Positions 26,040 through 39,869 of a DNA stretch of 64,000 bases are shown here, in pieces. The position numbers were made by a program, and so were the translations under genes. Under the pieces are notes generated by a model. That model saw only the letters and a program-made list of their open reading frames with translations, was not told where the DNA came from and ran no database searches. The DNA lies in NCBI GenBank assembly GCA_043228905.1, contig JBHGNT010000001.1:35340001-35404000 (forward strand), written 5' to 3'. Positions within the stretch are counted from its first letter, which is position 1. The number at the start of each line of letters is the position of its first letter. This stretch comes from Azolla caroliniana. Its lineage: Eukaryota > Plantae > Polypodiophyta.

Positions 26040-27520
26040 TGATACTACTCCATGTTGCAAACCCTAGGATGGACATCGAGGATTTCTCCCTCGATACCAT
26101 CGTACATTCTTTGGCTAGACTTGTTGAGTTGTACGAATTTAATTTGATGTAAAAAATGCAAGCTTGATGTTTGGAGTCGAGAAGAAGGGACATTGAGGAC
26201 ATGTGTTGACTGTTTCATGGAGTGACCGCTTGTCGAGTATCCATGATCACAAAGATATAATTCTTGTTGATAGGACAAAGGTATTTCCGACAAGAAGGAC
26301 AAAGGTTTCCAAATAAATACATTATACATAGTCCCCCTTGTTAGAATCAAACAAAAAAGCCAATGGCAAGGGAAGACCATTTGATATTGGATGATTGAGA
26401 GGAGAATCAAGGTCGAGTCTTTCATGTTCCAAGTTATTCAATCACCGTACTTTTTCCTTTAAACATTTGTGAATAGTAAAAAACTTGAGTACCCCCTTTA
26501 AACTCTAATTTTGTTTATCTCAAGTGACATTTAAGTTTTTGATGGCCATTGTTGTACCAATGGAACGAGGACTCTTGAATGGATCTCTCATATTGAATTT
26601 CTATGCATCAAGAGAGAAGAAATATTGTTAATACTACAAACTTCTATAAATAATGATGTAAGTTATGATTTTTTACATGAATCATTATTACAATGGTTTG
26701 ATAACTTAAACTTATGGATTGAGAGATATCAAATGTTGAATAGAATATCATGGGCTAAATTTTTTTCCTAATGAGCCACTAAGGACAATATATTGGATAA
26801 TCCTTTAGTCATATCGTTATCTATACGTGTGATGAAAGATACGTTTGTCTTTGGTTATTGCCATCTCGCATCCCATTCTCGGGATTTATCAAGGTTGTCT
26901 AGCGTCAAGTAGTGTTGTCGAAGCGTGTATTCCACAAAATGCACATGCATTGTTCTTTAGCATAAATATGCATAATATGTTACATGTAGATGATACAAAA
27001 ATTGTTCATGGCTCCAATGCATTTCAAGGGTGCTTCAATGGTTGGGTTTAGTAAATCAAGTAATTGGGATGATGAGTTTGCTAATCCAATCGCAACTTTG
27101 TTCAGAGACAACCCTAGTCGTTCGAAAGAAGGAATATAGTATAGCATGTTCGCATTGAGAAGGTGACACAAGACCGAGTCGTTAAAAAGTCGATGTTGTG
27201 ACATCAATTGACTACGTTCAGAATCCTAGTTGGTAGAGAATGCATATTATGAAAAAGATGAGGGGTGGATGAAGGGAATAATGATATATAGTGGTTGGAA
27301 CTATAATAGAAGGATATGTATGGTCACGGGTAGATCTTTGTGGCCATTGATATCCATAAATGGTCCATGGGTTTGGCAAGGATGTTGTACGCATGGTCAT
27401 GGAAAAAAACGACACTTTCGAAAATCCAGCAGCTTTGATCAACACTGAAAATCTACCATCATTATGGAGAATGGCCTCAAGAAGAAAATGCCATTATTAA
27501 GAGGACATACATGAAAATGT
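26040..27520. mobile_element. Decayed LTR-retrotransposon-like sequence (gag-like remnants)
   Basis: Broken plus-strand reading LEWISHIEFLC...LWIERYQMLNRISWAKF is reminiscent of Ty3 gag; no intact ORF. Confidence 0.3.
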
Positions 27521-30500
27521 AATTTTTATCACAATATTTTAGGGTAGATGGATGTGTTTTGAAATATCCGAACACTCCACGAAGAAAATATAAGCCACAT
27601 AAAGATAGTGATCATTCAAAGCTAGTTTGAAGATATTCAAGCCATTACTCATGGAAACACAATGCTATGCATTGTCTCAATCTCAGTCTTTTTTATAAGC
27701 TAAACATCGAGATAATCAAATTAACAAGTTTCAATACAAACATCACTTACTCAAACTAGATAAAAGACAACCTTTAAAACTAAGTTTTGTGACCTTTAGT
27801 ACATGCTTTACCATTTTGTTGCTTGTTCTAAAAGGTTTCATAAAAAAGTTTGAGCTCATACACACTAAGAGCTTGCTCCAAAAGAGAAGAAAAAGCAGCT
27901 TTACAACATTGACATCGAAGTTCACGTTTTCTTAGCACGAATGAAAACGATAACAACATTGCCCTTCAAAAACAATGACAAGAAAGGTTTCATTAAGGTG
28001 TAAGATATAAAGTATGAGACTTTATTATATATTTCACACCAAATACTACATGGTTGTCATGAAAGTTGAAAATGATAAAGCTTATCAAACCCTTGTTCGC
28101 CCCATATTATATGCCAATATTCTTGCGTTGCAAAGAAATGAGAAGAATAGTCCATTACCCGAACTCGCATTGCAAGGTAAGATCATCCGAGGCAACAAGG
28201 ACTTGTCACAAAAGTGCACGGCGAAGGGTATAATAAAATGAAGTTGAATATGATCCACAAAGTAGGTAGCAATACTAAATTAAATGTGCTCCTGCTTGGC
28301 AAGTATGGTCCTCTCATTTGTGTTAGATCACAAACAAAGACAAAAATGAAATATCTTTCATCACATGTCAACGTGAAAAGTAAAAACCCCACCACTTGTC
28401 AAGGTGTAACATGCTCGACGTGCAAATATCAAGTATTCATTTGCTCTTTTAGAGAGTTTTGATATGATGCCCTTGTGACATGCAAAAAAGTAGCGGTATA
28501 ATGCTCATTTCTACACCTTTAATTAATAGAGGCCTTGTGACAACAAGAAAATTTGGGGTTACTCTAATTCTCTACCATTGTATGTTACACGTTATCGTTT
28601 CTAATTTTAGTTCCAAAAGATTGTGAGGCCATAGAAACAAACTATGAATAACCTTGTTTACATAGTGATTAACACCATGTTTTTTCAAGGAGGTCGCACG
28701 TGCCATTATGTGATGTAGTTAGTATTTTGAATGCAAGAGTATAGAATATGTAACATCTCATTTTCTTATTTGAATAAGCACCTTATAATGATAGCATTTA
28801 TATTTGCTTGTGAGTTAGTGACGATTTTTTGTACTTAAATTTAGAACCTTTACGAATTTGTTTCGACATGGATTTTTTCAATGCATATGGTTAATCAAAC
28901 ATCATCCCCATTCCCTCCGTTATACAATACCACTTAGTGGAGCATGTCTCTTGTTCATATTCCTTTTTGTTTTGTTTTATGGATGTAGAATAGATAATGA
29001 CCTTTCATGATAATTCTCTTCCATCCCATCAATTCATCTTCGGTTGCATAAATACTTAATCACTCAAGGTCCCACGAGCCTTTCTTGGGTAGTCTTGAAT
29101 CCATCTCGTCGCACCCACCGTCCATTTGTTGTCCCTTAAGGTCATTTTTGTTGCAACCCTTATCGAAAACATTGATAGATTTGTTCTATGGGTAATGTGT
29201 CAAGTTTAAATCCACATTATCCCTTCAATGGGGACACCTACATAAATTGTGGCATGTCCTATAAGTTCTCTTACGTATGTCTAATGATCTTATATAATTG
29301 TTGTTCTTCTAACAATTAAATTATAAAATATTTGGGCAATTTGATAAAAAGAGAAATCGAGTCCTTGATTGACTTTCACGAGGAGGCTATACATATGAAA
29401 AATTAAATTGAAATCGATTTAACAATTCTAGCAAGTAAAGGGAGTGTGTGTTTTTGAATGATTTTATAAAAACAATCATCTAATTTCATATCATGAAATT
29501 TGGAGGAGCGAATTCATTCATTATTCAATAAATGATTGTCGAGAAACTATATATGGGTCATCAAGAATTGTTGGTTCGTTTTGATACAAAGAAAGTTGTC
29601 ATCATCATGTTAACTTTGCACCATAAATTGGGGACTTTTGAATAGGCTCTCCATTGTTGTCATAATAAATGAAATAGGTGACGTTAATGCCTCCAACACA
29701 GGAGATCTCCCATGAAATAATGAATTGATTCATTCTTTGAATGATAGATTTTGCCTTTTCTCATTTTGTCAGCATTACCTTACGATAGTGGCACTATTTT
29801 TTATTGTTTGGACTAAAAAGCCTGTTATGGAAGAAGAACTTGTTAGCTTGTATATAACCTCATGGTAAATATGGTGAACCAATTAGCACGCTCCAATAAC
29901 TTATCTTCCGAGACCATCTTGATGCAATCTATGGAAGAAAGGAAAACAAACCGGGACCACATACTTAATTCTACAACGGATTGCATATCATATGAGAACA
30001 TAGACATTAATATTACATCTATTTAATTAGCCTATGGAATGGAAGTCACACACTCTGATGGAGCAACTCATAGCAATTTTACAAAAGCAAGGTACGAAAG
30101 TGGATGCATGGGGGATTAGTCAAATCCAGTTTAGAGAAGAGAGATTTCGAAAGCATTTTGTCACGGTGATGCTGCTTCAAAAGCGGACAAAGGCATTCGT
30201 CGTGCTCAAGCATATGAAAAAAGAGAGTTTAGTACAATTTGCCAATGGGAAGTGCTAGTTTACTAGACCCTAACAAGATCGTAACTAAAAAAACTCCAGG
30301 TTTGATTAGCGGGTTTGTTTGTAGTTGATATTAAAGAAGCCTAGCCTTACGTTTTTGCGACTTTTTTGGCATTCATATGTATTGTATTGTATTGTATGTA
30401 CTCTGAATTAGTGTTTTTTTACGATAAGCAGCAGGAAACTCTTTTTTTTTTTCTTTTTTTGAGGTTGAGATTTGGAGAGAGAAATGAGTATGCAGACTGA

Positions 30501-30599
30501 GATTTTCGATTCATCCCAATCCATCCATCCACCCCATACACACACACAACCCACAAAAAGAAAAAGAAACAGAAGAAACAGAAAGAAAAGAAAAAACGA

Positions 30600-30630
<31 letters not shown>

Positions 30631-31365
30631 AAGAAGAAAAGGAAAGAAAGCAAAAAGGGCAAAAAAAAAAAGCACACGGACACACGAGAGAGACAAAGAC
30701 ACACACAACACACACACACACACACAGGACTGAGTGAGTGAGAGAGAGAGTGTGTGTATCTGTTGCATAGTATGAACCATACGTACCATACGCGCATTCT
30801 CGAATGCTTAAAACATTCGAATATGGTAGACACCCTTGAAGTACATATGATAAATACCATACTTTTTGGATTCATTATTTATTTACTATTAAGGTAAAAA
30901 AAAAAAAGGTAAGAAGTGTAAAAAAAAAAAAAAACCATAAGGAAATTTTCGATAACAAACGCATTCGTATGTATGAAAACGAATATTTGCCAATGCATTC
31001 GAGTATATTACGTAGTACGTACATACTATGATCTGTAAGACTGTATGTATGTGTTAAAAAACATAACATATTCTTAGCTTCTTCATCTCCTTTTACTATA
31101 CTCTCTCGGCTGTCTGCCCCCCCCCGCAATCTTCTCCTCCTTACCATACCATACCATACCTTACCTTACCTTACCCTATCTTCTCTTCTCAACCCTAACC
31201 CCCCTTCTTCTTCTTCTTCTTCTTCTTCTTCTTCTTCTTCCATTGTCTGTACCTTCTCTGCTGGAGCACCCGTTCCACCATTGCCGTCCGCCCCCACCTT
31301 AGCTCTCTCCCTTCAGCTTACTTACTTCACTACTTATGTAATCTTCATATCTCACTGCCTGCATT

Positions 31366-31404
<39 letters not shown>

Positions 31405-31522
31405 CACATCTCCAACGCTTTTTCACTACCTCCGAACCTCATTCTGCGTCCGGTGTAGCTACAGTATCACATCTAAGGAAAAGATCTCAGCTCCTCCTCC
31501 TCCTTCTTCTTTGGCTTCGGCA

Positions 31523-34500
31523 ATGGTGAACGGAGAAACCGAAACAACATGCGCTTCTCTACTACGAGAGCTTCAGGTAAGCGTTTTCGCTTCGTCTCAA
31601 CGACTACGAGGTTAGTAGGGTTTAGCTTTACGACATTAAAGAAGCTGGTTTTGGACGTTGTCGCAGCACATTTGGGACGAGGTAGGGGAGAGCGACGCAG
31701 GACGGGATGAGATGCTGTTACAGTTGGAGCAGGAGTGCTTGCAGGTGTACAGAAGGAAGGTGGAGCAAGCCAGCAGCTCTCGAGCTCGACTCATGAAAGC
31801 TCTGGCTGACTCTGAATCTGAGCTCGCGTCCCTCATCTCTCGACTTGGTGACAAGCCTTCGCTTGGACGGGTATAATACCACCGTTATTTAATATCGTTT
31901 TCGAGATACATTCATTTTTCCTATGCAATGTGGCGAAGTCGAAACGTTTCAATTCCTCTGCAAAGCGCCTAACCATAGATCTACTACGAAACTTTTGTTC
32001 AGAAAAAATTATATTCTGCAATAAACCATCCTCCTTAAAAATCCTGCATTGATCTATGTTTCCTATACCGGAAGTTTGTCATATTTTGTTGTCTCCACTA
32101 GCTAGGCTTTATTTTGATCCTCATTCCTCATAGAAATATTCTTTTCTTCATCTTATGTAATTGATCTGTAGCCTGAAAAGCGAGCTGGAATTAGCTTGCG
32201 AGAGCAGTTAGGTGCTATTGAGCCACATTTGGATGAACTGAGACAGAAGCAAGAGGAGCGTATGCGTCAGTTTAGTGACGTGAAAGCACACATTTCAAAA
32301 ATTACTACGGAGATCTTAGGTAATAATTTGAATGACTCTGGTAATGAGTACTCTCCGGCAACAGAAGAAGACCTGTCCTTGAAAAGGCTCGATGAATACA
32401 CCTCTCAGCTTCAAGCTCTTCAGAAGGAGAAGGTTAGGACGCACATATATTTTTAGCTTCCCTCACCTCCACTAAGTGAAAAGTATTTTATTGCTAAATC
32501 TGCCGCCAATTATGTTCATGGTTCATATCGTTCCTTCTTTGTTATTTCCCCCACAGAGTGAACGTTTGCACAAAGTTCTGGATTATGTGAATGTTATCCA
32601 TGAGCACTGTGCTGTGCTTGGCATGGATTTCTTCAAGACTGTTACGACAGTGCATCCAAGCTTGGATGAATCCATATCTGGACAATCCAAAAGCATTAGC
32701 CATGACACTATTGAGAGATTAGCTACCACTGTAACCTCACTGAAAGAAGAGAAGAAACGACGCATAAAGAAGGTAAAATGAATGAAAATATCCTCCCGCT
32801 CAAGGTTGTGTTGGTCATCTTCATTTTCTTGCTGTGCCGTTAGCTTAACTTGTTTCTATTTCCATGATTGTGCTAGCTTCAAGATCTAGGCTCTTCTTTG
32901 ATCGAGATGTGGACGTTGATGGATACCCCATTAGAGGAGCGGCAATTATTTCATCACGTTACTAGCATTCTCAGCATGACAGAAGATGAAGTTTGTGCTC
33001 CTCAGGCTCTGGCTCTCGATAACATTGAACAGGTCTTTGTCCAATACAAAGTGTTTAAACAGCGTATTGCTGTAGGTTAAGAAAAGAATGACGTAGAATA
33101 AGCTCGGTTTAACAGGCTGAGCTGCCATTTCTAGCATCAAGTGATTATTTCTGGTAGTATTGCTAATTAGGAAAATCAATAAGGAGATTATGTTGGGACT
33201 AACAATCACTTAACTCGTCATTTGGGAGGAAAATTCAGACAGAGGTTGAGGTTGAAAGGTTGGATACTCTCAAGGCAAGCAAGACTAAAGAACTGGTTAT
33301 GAAAAAGCAAGATGAACTTGATGATATCTTCAGGAGAGCTCATATAAGGCCTGATCCTAATACTACACGTGATAAGATGATGGCCATCATTGATTCAGGT
33401 GGGCTGTCTAACCCAATCTGTGTGGTGTCGTAGTAGGCTATTATTCATGTTTCAATCACAATTTGTTGATCTGAACAAAAGGTATTATTTTTGCTAATTT
33501 AAGGCATGTTCGATCCATCTGAACTTCTCGCAACCATGGATAAACAAATCAATATTGCAAAAGAGGAGGCACTCAGTAGGAAGGATATATTGGAAAGAGT
33601 GGAGAAATGGATGGCAGCTTGTGAGGAGGAGAGCTGGCTAGAGGACTACAGTAGAGTGAGAATCGTATAAATTGGGTGTTTTTTCCACTTCAATGTAGCA
33701 TCACACATTGTCATAACGTATGCCTTTCAATTTGATGCAACATTCTTCAGGATCAGAATAGGTATAATGCAACCAGGGGCGCACACATAAACTTGAAAAG
33801 AGCAGAACGTGCTCGTGTTACAGTAAATAAATTACCAGGTTAACCTCTTAGAATGACTATTTAATCCATTTGTGCTCTTAAAAAAGCTAACTGTTTTAAT
33901 TTGTAAACCCACTGGTAGTCTACATTTGAATGACTATTTAATCCATTTGTGCTCTTAAAAAAGCTAACAGTTTTAATTTGTAAACCCACTGGTAGTTTAC
34001 ATTTGAATGACTATTTTTAATCTGGCAATTAAATTGTTCTCTTGCTAATTACCTGTTTTGAGATCCTGGACAGCCATGGTTGAATCCCTAGTGGCAAAGA
34101 CTAAGTCATGGGAAGAAGAGCACGGCTTACCTTTCGTTTATGATGAGGTGAGTGTCCTAATCCCGAGGAATCTAAGGTATGTTATTTGATCGACTTTTGA
34201 TTTCTTGGAGTTCCCAATCTAACATAAGGTTTTTGGGAAACTAATTTATGTTTTACAGATACGGTTGCTGGATATGCTTGATGAATATAGTATAGTTCGA
34301 CAAGAAAAAGAAGAAGAGAAGCGGCGTGCACGTGTATGTCTCCACATTCACGATCTCTTATGATAACTAAACAAGAGTGTTTCTAATGCATCATTCTCTA
34401 CCTGTGTACATTTCTGAATTTTCTTACATGATGTGGTATGAATAATTTCCAGGACCAGAAGAAGATACAAGAGCAATTACTAACTGAACAAGAAACATTT

Positions 34501-34818
34501 TTCGGCTCAAGGCCGAGTCCAAACAATAAACCATTAGGTAGTGCAAAGAAACAAATGAATGGTCGAACAAATGGATCTGTTGACATGCCAGCGTCTACCA
34601 GGCGCCTTTCGCTTGCATCAACACAAGGCAATGTAGATACTCTTCTCCCTCGAGTGAATGGGGTAACACCTGTTCGGATTGGGAAAGATGCGAAGAGAGA
34701 GAGACCCCGGCCAAGTGCTCCTGTGAATTTTGTGGCGCTATCGAAAGAAGTAGCAACGGTGTCTGTTCCTTCATCTATGTCAAATGAGTCAGAGCCCACA
34801 TCCCCAATTGCTGTTTGA
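31523..34818 (+). CDS. MAP65: 65-kDa microtubule-associated protein (MAP65/Ase1/PRC1 family), ~11 exons
   Basis: [44 protein letters not shown]; [10 protein letters not shown]; [15 protein letters not shown]; [19 protein letters not shown]; C-terminal [10 protein letters not shown]. Confidence 0.95.
33852..34015. repeat. Intronic tandem duplication, ~76-bp period x2
   Basis: gaatgactatttaatccatttgtgctcttaaaaaagctaac...ggtagtctacattt is repeated. Confidence 0.9.
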
Positions 34819-36554
34819 TGATCAACATTATAGACTTTCATCGAATACTTGTTGAGGCCCATCATTCCAGAGTTTAAAAAGAGAGAGAGAGAGAGAGAGA
34901 GAGAGGAATAAAAGTTATACTTACTATCTCTAACTGGGTTCAATTCGAATCTGCAGTGATCCATCCAGCTTCAGCTACTGGTTCTGGTAATGGTTAATGA
35001 TAAAGGGGGGGTTGTAATTACGTATGTCTTCAATATAGCTGATGTTGAGACTCACTACTGCTGATAGTTAACCTTGTAAACTACTGGATTTATCACGGTG
35101 TAATTTTTATCTTAGGCACGATGATTGACTTGACTTGACTTTTGTTCTGACACTATATAAGATGATCTAGACCTTTGGGGGTGGCTAGGCCACTCCTTCA
35201 AGGATCTGAGAAAGACGACATAGTAGTATGTAAGTTAAACAAACTTTTTCCAAGGAAAAGACTAGTTTTTTTTCCCAGTTGCAAAGGATAACAAACCTTC
35301 TTATGCCGTCTTAAACATTTGCAACAACTAAGTCATGCATTGTTCTTTGAATTCTTGTTTACCATGAAATTATTTCAGCTCATTATGTGAATTTAGTGAT
35401 GCTTCATGCTTACATTTCTTTGGCATGATTACGGTTCTTTGATCTTTCACTTTTTTCTTTCTTTCTCTACGGATTTTATTTTAATCAAGGGGGTACTGTC
35501 GGTATTAGAGAGTAAAAGATCGAATTAACTTCATTCTATAATGAAAAGTATTGTATGTAACAAGATGGTAATGTTGATTGTGTCTGCATATGGTGGTAGC
35601 TGATGATTTTTGAAGTGTTTGAAAGTTTTTCAAAGAGGTGTTTGAACACCAAGGTACTGGCAACATTTGTTCATATGATATGATTTGGGTTCCTGCCCAG
35701 CCTCCCCATTTGAATAGAGTCTCTTAAGTGCTACTGCAACCCATAAGATTTGCTCATGTGATATGATGTAGACTTTATTCACTCTGCCAATATGAATTGA
35801 GAGCAAAAATGTGCAGAATCTGTGTCTAGGCTTCAGAAGCGTGGAAAACCCTAGTACATTGTGGAAAAATAGGAAGATTTAAAGTTCCTGAAAAGGGTGA
35901 CACCTAACTTCACCAAGTAAATGTTAAATCATGATTCGGATTTGATGTCACAACATGACTAAGTCCTACTATTAAGAATTATTCTTATATTATCTGATGG
36001 TAACACGCATTCCTATATTTAGTCAAAATAGGGGAATTTCAAAAACAAAAGAGAGATAACTCTAAAAATCTGAGCTTAACCAAGACATGAAAACTAAGGT
36101 CAGAACATGCCCATTGAGAAAGGGATGCTTAAGATGTTGGGGTATGTATGTCGTTGTTTGTGTGGCTGGCTCCATTGTTTGCACAAATTTAAAACCTACC
36201 CCAACCCTGAAATTCCCTTGTTGGATTTGTCTTGCTAGTCCTAGACATGGATACCATGGAGAACAACCATAATGAAGGGTTGTTTGCATCAGCACATTTA
36301 GAGATAAGCTTTGTGAGTGACTACTATTGCCATTGTTTTGTTGAGCTATATATATAGAAGGGGAAAGAAACTACAAAATACCCATGTGAGTTCTCGTATT
36401 TATAGAAGCCTCGTGTCTCGGAGGAACTCTGTTGCCGACGTCCTGTATTGTTACATCACGGCGTTTTTCAATTCAATGCCAAGGTATTTTGTAATCGACT
36501 TATTTGCGCATCATCATCATTACACTCAGTGACAGAAAACCCTATTCTGGATCG

Positions 36555-38897
36555 ATGAACTGTACACTTCACCTTCCACCAAATGGAGTTAACGTTAACG
36601 ATCCCCGCTTGACTGCTGCTTCCCCAGCTAAACTTTGTAACGATGACCTAATTCCAAAACATGATAGACTTTCACTCTTGAATCTGATAAAGTCTTGCCA
36701 GAAAGAGAAGAACCTATGGAAATTGAGCAACATACATGCTGATCTTCTTAATAAAAACTTGGTTACAAAAGATACGTATATCACCACTGCCCTGATCACC
36801 ACGTATGCAGATTGTGGTGATTTGGAGAAAGCGTGCGAAGTACTCAAGCAGAATCCTGCACCAAATGTGGTGTTTTGGAATGCGCTTATCTCTGGTTATG
36901 TCCGTAATGAGTTCTGTAAGGAGGCGTTAGAATGTTTTCAATACATGAGGGAGGACGGCATCTGCCCGAATGCCATAACCTATATCTCGGTTCTGAAAGC
37001 TTGTGGCATCACAGGGTCTCTAGATCTTGGCCAAGCTATAGCAACCGAGGTAAAAAAACAAGGCTTATTACATAAAAATATTGCCCTTGGGACTGCGATG
37101 GTGGACATGTATTTCAGGTGTTTTGCAGTTGAGAAAGCAAGGGAAGTGTTTGAGCACCTTCCAATGCAAAATGTTTTCTCGTGGACTGCCCTTATTTCTG
37201 GATATGTCCAACATGGGCTTGGTGCCGAAGCATTGAAATGCTTCAGGCAGATGCGAGAGGCGGGGATACATCCAAATGCGATCACTTTCATCTCTGTATT
37301 GAAAGCTTGTGGAATTGTGAGGTGTCTAGAAACTGGGGAAGAGGTAGACGCGGAGGTCAGAAGGAAAGGCTTATTGCGAAATAATAGTGTTGTGCTTGGC
37401 AATGCATTGGTGAGCATGTATGCTAAGTGCGGTGTGGTTCACAAAGCAGCAGGAGTATTTGAGAAACTTCCGATAAGAAATGTAGCATCTTGGAATGCCC
37501 TAATTGTTGGATATGCCCAGAATGGACTCAACAAAGAAGCATTAAAATCCTTTCGGCAAATGCAAGATGCTGGAATCCGTCCAAACGTGATAACTTATCT
37601 GTGTATTTTGAAGGTTTGTGGCAATGTGAGGTCTCTAGAGATTGGGTCATATATCGATGTCAAGATTAGAAAGGAAGGATTATTGAAGGAAGATTTGCTG
37701 CTAGGAAATGCACTGGTAGACATGTATTCCAAGTGTGGCGCATTACCAAAAGCAAAAGAAGTATTCGAGCTCCTTCCAGTGCAGAATATTGCATCTTGGA
37801 ATGCATTGATAACTGGATATGCCCGAAATGACCTTGGGGATTTGGTGCTGAAATCCTTCAGACGTATGCAAGATGCAGGTGTGTCTCCGGATGCCGTAAC
37901 CTATACATGCATTTTAAAAGCTTGTGGAATTGTGAAGTCCCTGGGTATTGGGGAAGACATACATGCTGAAGTTAGAAAGCAAGGGCTACTGCAGAACGAT
38001 GTTGTGCTAGGCACTGCACTGGTTGACATGTACTCCAAGTGTGGTGCACTAGAAAAAGCAATCGAAGTGTTTGAACACCTTCCGGTAAGGAATGTTGTCT
38101 CTTGGAGTGCCATGATCACGGCATTCACGCAAAATGGGCTCGGCTATGAAGCATTGAAATGTTTCAAACAGATGCAAGATTTGGGAGTCTGTCCAAATGC
38201 AGTAACCTATGCCAGTATTTTCAAAGCTTGCGGCATTATGGGGTGTTTAATGATTGGAGAAGATTTAGACCGCGAGGTTCGGATGCAACATTTGCTGGAG
38301 AAAGATATCGTGCTAGGCACGACATTGGTGGACATGTATTCCAAATGTGGTGCCCTCGAGAAAGCAAAAGAAGTATTTGAAGAGCTTCCCATGCGAAATG
38401 TTGTAACTTGGAGTGCCTTGGGTGCTGGATATGCCCAGTTAGGTCAAGCCAACACAGTTTTTCTATTGTATAGAAGAATGAGGGACGAAGGTATCATGCC
38501 AGATGTAGTTAGCTTACTTGTCTTGCTGACCGCTTGTAGCCATGCTGGTCTAGTGAAGGAAGCAGAAAAGCTGTTTGATGAGATTTGTGTTGTCTGCAGT
38601 ATTACTCCAACACTAGAACACTACACCTGCATGATTGATCTATATGGTCGTGCTGGACATTTTCATAAAGTGAAAATGTTGCTTGAAAAGGTCTGGCCTA
38701 GTTCTGACTGTCTTTTGCTGTTCCTGACTGTATTGGGTGCTTGTAAAAAGTGGTGGAACGTGGAGCTTGGGAGATGGGCATTTGAGCAAGCATTGCGGTT
38801 GGATGGAAAGTGTCTTAATGCATATATCTGCATGCAAAATATATATGTAGCAGATGAAATGCAAATAGAAGTGGAAGGACTTGATAGTGATGAATGA
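36555..38897 (+). CDS. PLS-class pentatricopeptide repeat protein with E-type C-terminus (RNA-editing factor type), intronless ORF
   Basis: About six P-L-S triplets (NVxSWNALIxGY; PNAITYISVLKACG; LGTALVDMYSKCG) followed by LLTACSHAGLV, TPTLEHYTCMIDLYGRAG and AYICMQNIY. Start codon uncertain. Confidence 0.93.
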   Translation: MNCTLHLPPNGVNVNDPRLTAASPAKLCNDDLIPKHDRLSLLNLIKSCQKEKNLWKLSNIHADLLNKNLVTKDTYITTALITTYADCGDLEKACEVLKQNPAPNVVFWNALISGYVRNEFCKEALECFQYMREDGICPNAITYISVLKACGITGSLDLGQAIATEVKKQGLLHKNIALGTAMVDMYFRCFAVEKAREVFEHLPMQNVFSWTALISGYVQHGLGAEALKCFRQMREAGIHPNAITFISVLKACGIVRCLETGEEVDAEVRRKGLLRNNSVVLGNALVSMYAKCGVVHKAAGVFEKLPIRNVASWNALIVGYAQNGLNKEALKSFRQMQDAGIRPNVITYLCILKVCGNVRSLEIGSYIDVKIRKEGLLKEDLLLGNALVDMYSKCGALPKAKEVFELLPVQNIASWNALITGYARNDLGDLVLKSFRRMQDAGVSPDAVTYTCILKACGIVKSLGIGEDIHAEVRKQGLLQNDVVLGTALVDMYSKCGALEKAIEVFEHLPVRNVVSWSAMITAFTQNGLGYEALKCFKQMQDLGVCPNAVTYASIFKACGIMGCLMIGEDLDREVRMQHLLEKDIVLGTTLVDMYSKCGALEKAKEVFEELPMRNVVTWSALGAGYAQLGQANTVFLLYRRMRDEGIMPDVVSLLVLLTACSHAGLVKEAEKLFDEICVVCSITPTLEHYTCMIDLYGRAGHFHKVKMLLEKVWPSSDCLLLFLTVLGACKKWWNVELGRWAFEQALRLDGKCLNAYICMQNIYVADEMQIEVEGLDSDE

Positions 38898-39869
38898 AGC
38901 TTGGACAGTATCAAGTTATCCAATGGGAACGTGCATTTATTTGTTGCGGTTGGTCTGAATCATCCTCAAATTACATGTATACTATGTATAAGATCAAAGA
39001 AATTAGTTAAAAACTAGATTTGTACATTTTCGATGATATAAGGAGATTGTGTGAAGTGGCCTACAAGCTGGCTGTGTGTGTGGCTTGATTAATGCATATA
39101 CACCTCTGCCATTCTAGCATCTTCTTTGTATCAATAATTGAGACATACAGGATTAAAGCAAACAATATGAAGTGGTTACACATTTTTGAGAATCAAATCC
39201 ACCCCCCACTCCCTGTTGTACTATGTTTAGAGAAATGCTTTTTGAAAGACGATGGCTAAACGACAACTCGAGAGTGGAAGCTATTGAGTTAACGGTGGTT
39301 GGCTCTCGAGACCAAGGATGTAGCATAAGCTGGGATGAAACTGACAACCAATTCGGTTTGGAAGGATATTATGTAGAAAATATACAAATTGACCATCCTA
39401 TTCATTGTAGAGCACCCGAGAATTGGTTTGAGTTCCTTCTCAAGAAAATGTAAATTTGGTAGATAATTTCTGTAGAAGCAAAAATGCTTGGATGATGCAA
39501 CTTGGAAGTGGCGCTGGTCTTTCTACTATATCATGTGGTACATTGATAGATTTGTTGAGATAAATTTGAGCTTTCATGGGAGACTAGCACTGCCAAGTTT
39601 CACAAAAGAACTGAAAATTGTGAAATAATAATAACAATTATGTATGCTGTAAATGAACTTGATTAAGTGTGCCTATGGATTGAAATATTGTTTTTGTTGT
39701 TTTAGGTCTTTAGGTTGGGTTTGGTTTTGAACCATTTGTTGAGCGTTCAAAACCGAATGAAGTAACTCAAATTATTAAGAGGGATGTGGAATGCTCTTAG
39801 CTTTGGAATACATGAGGGTTGGGTTGTGTTATATATGTGTGTGTTGTGTGTATCCTTCTAGTAACTTAA

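Noticed and set aside
30408-31529. ORFs rich in C/V/F or K/R/H/T
   Set aside because: Translations of (CA)n, (GA)n, (CTT)n and poly-A microsatellites upstream of MAP65.
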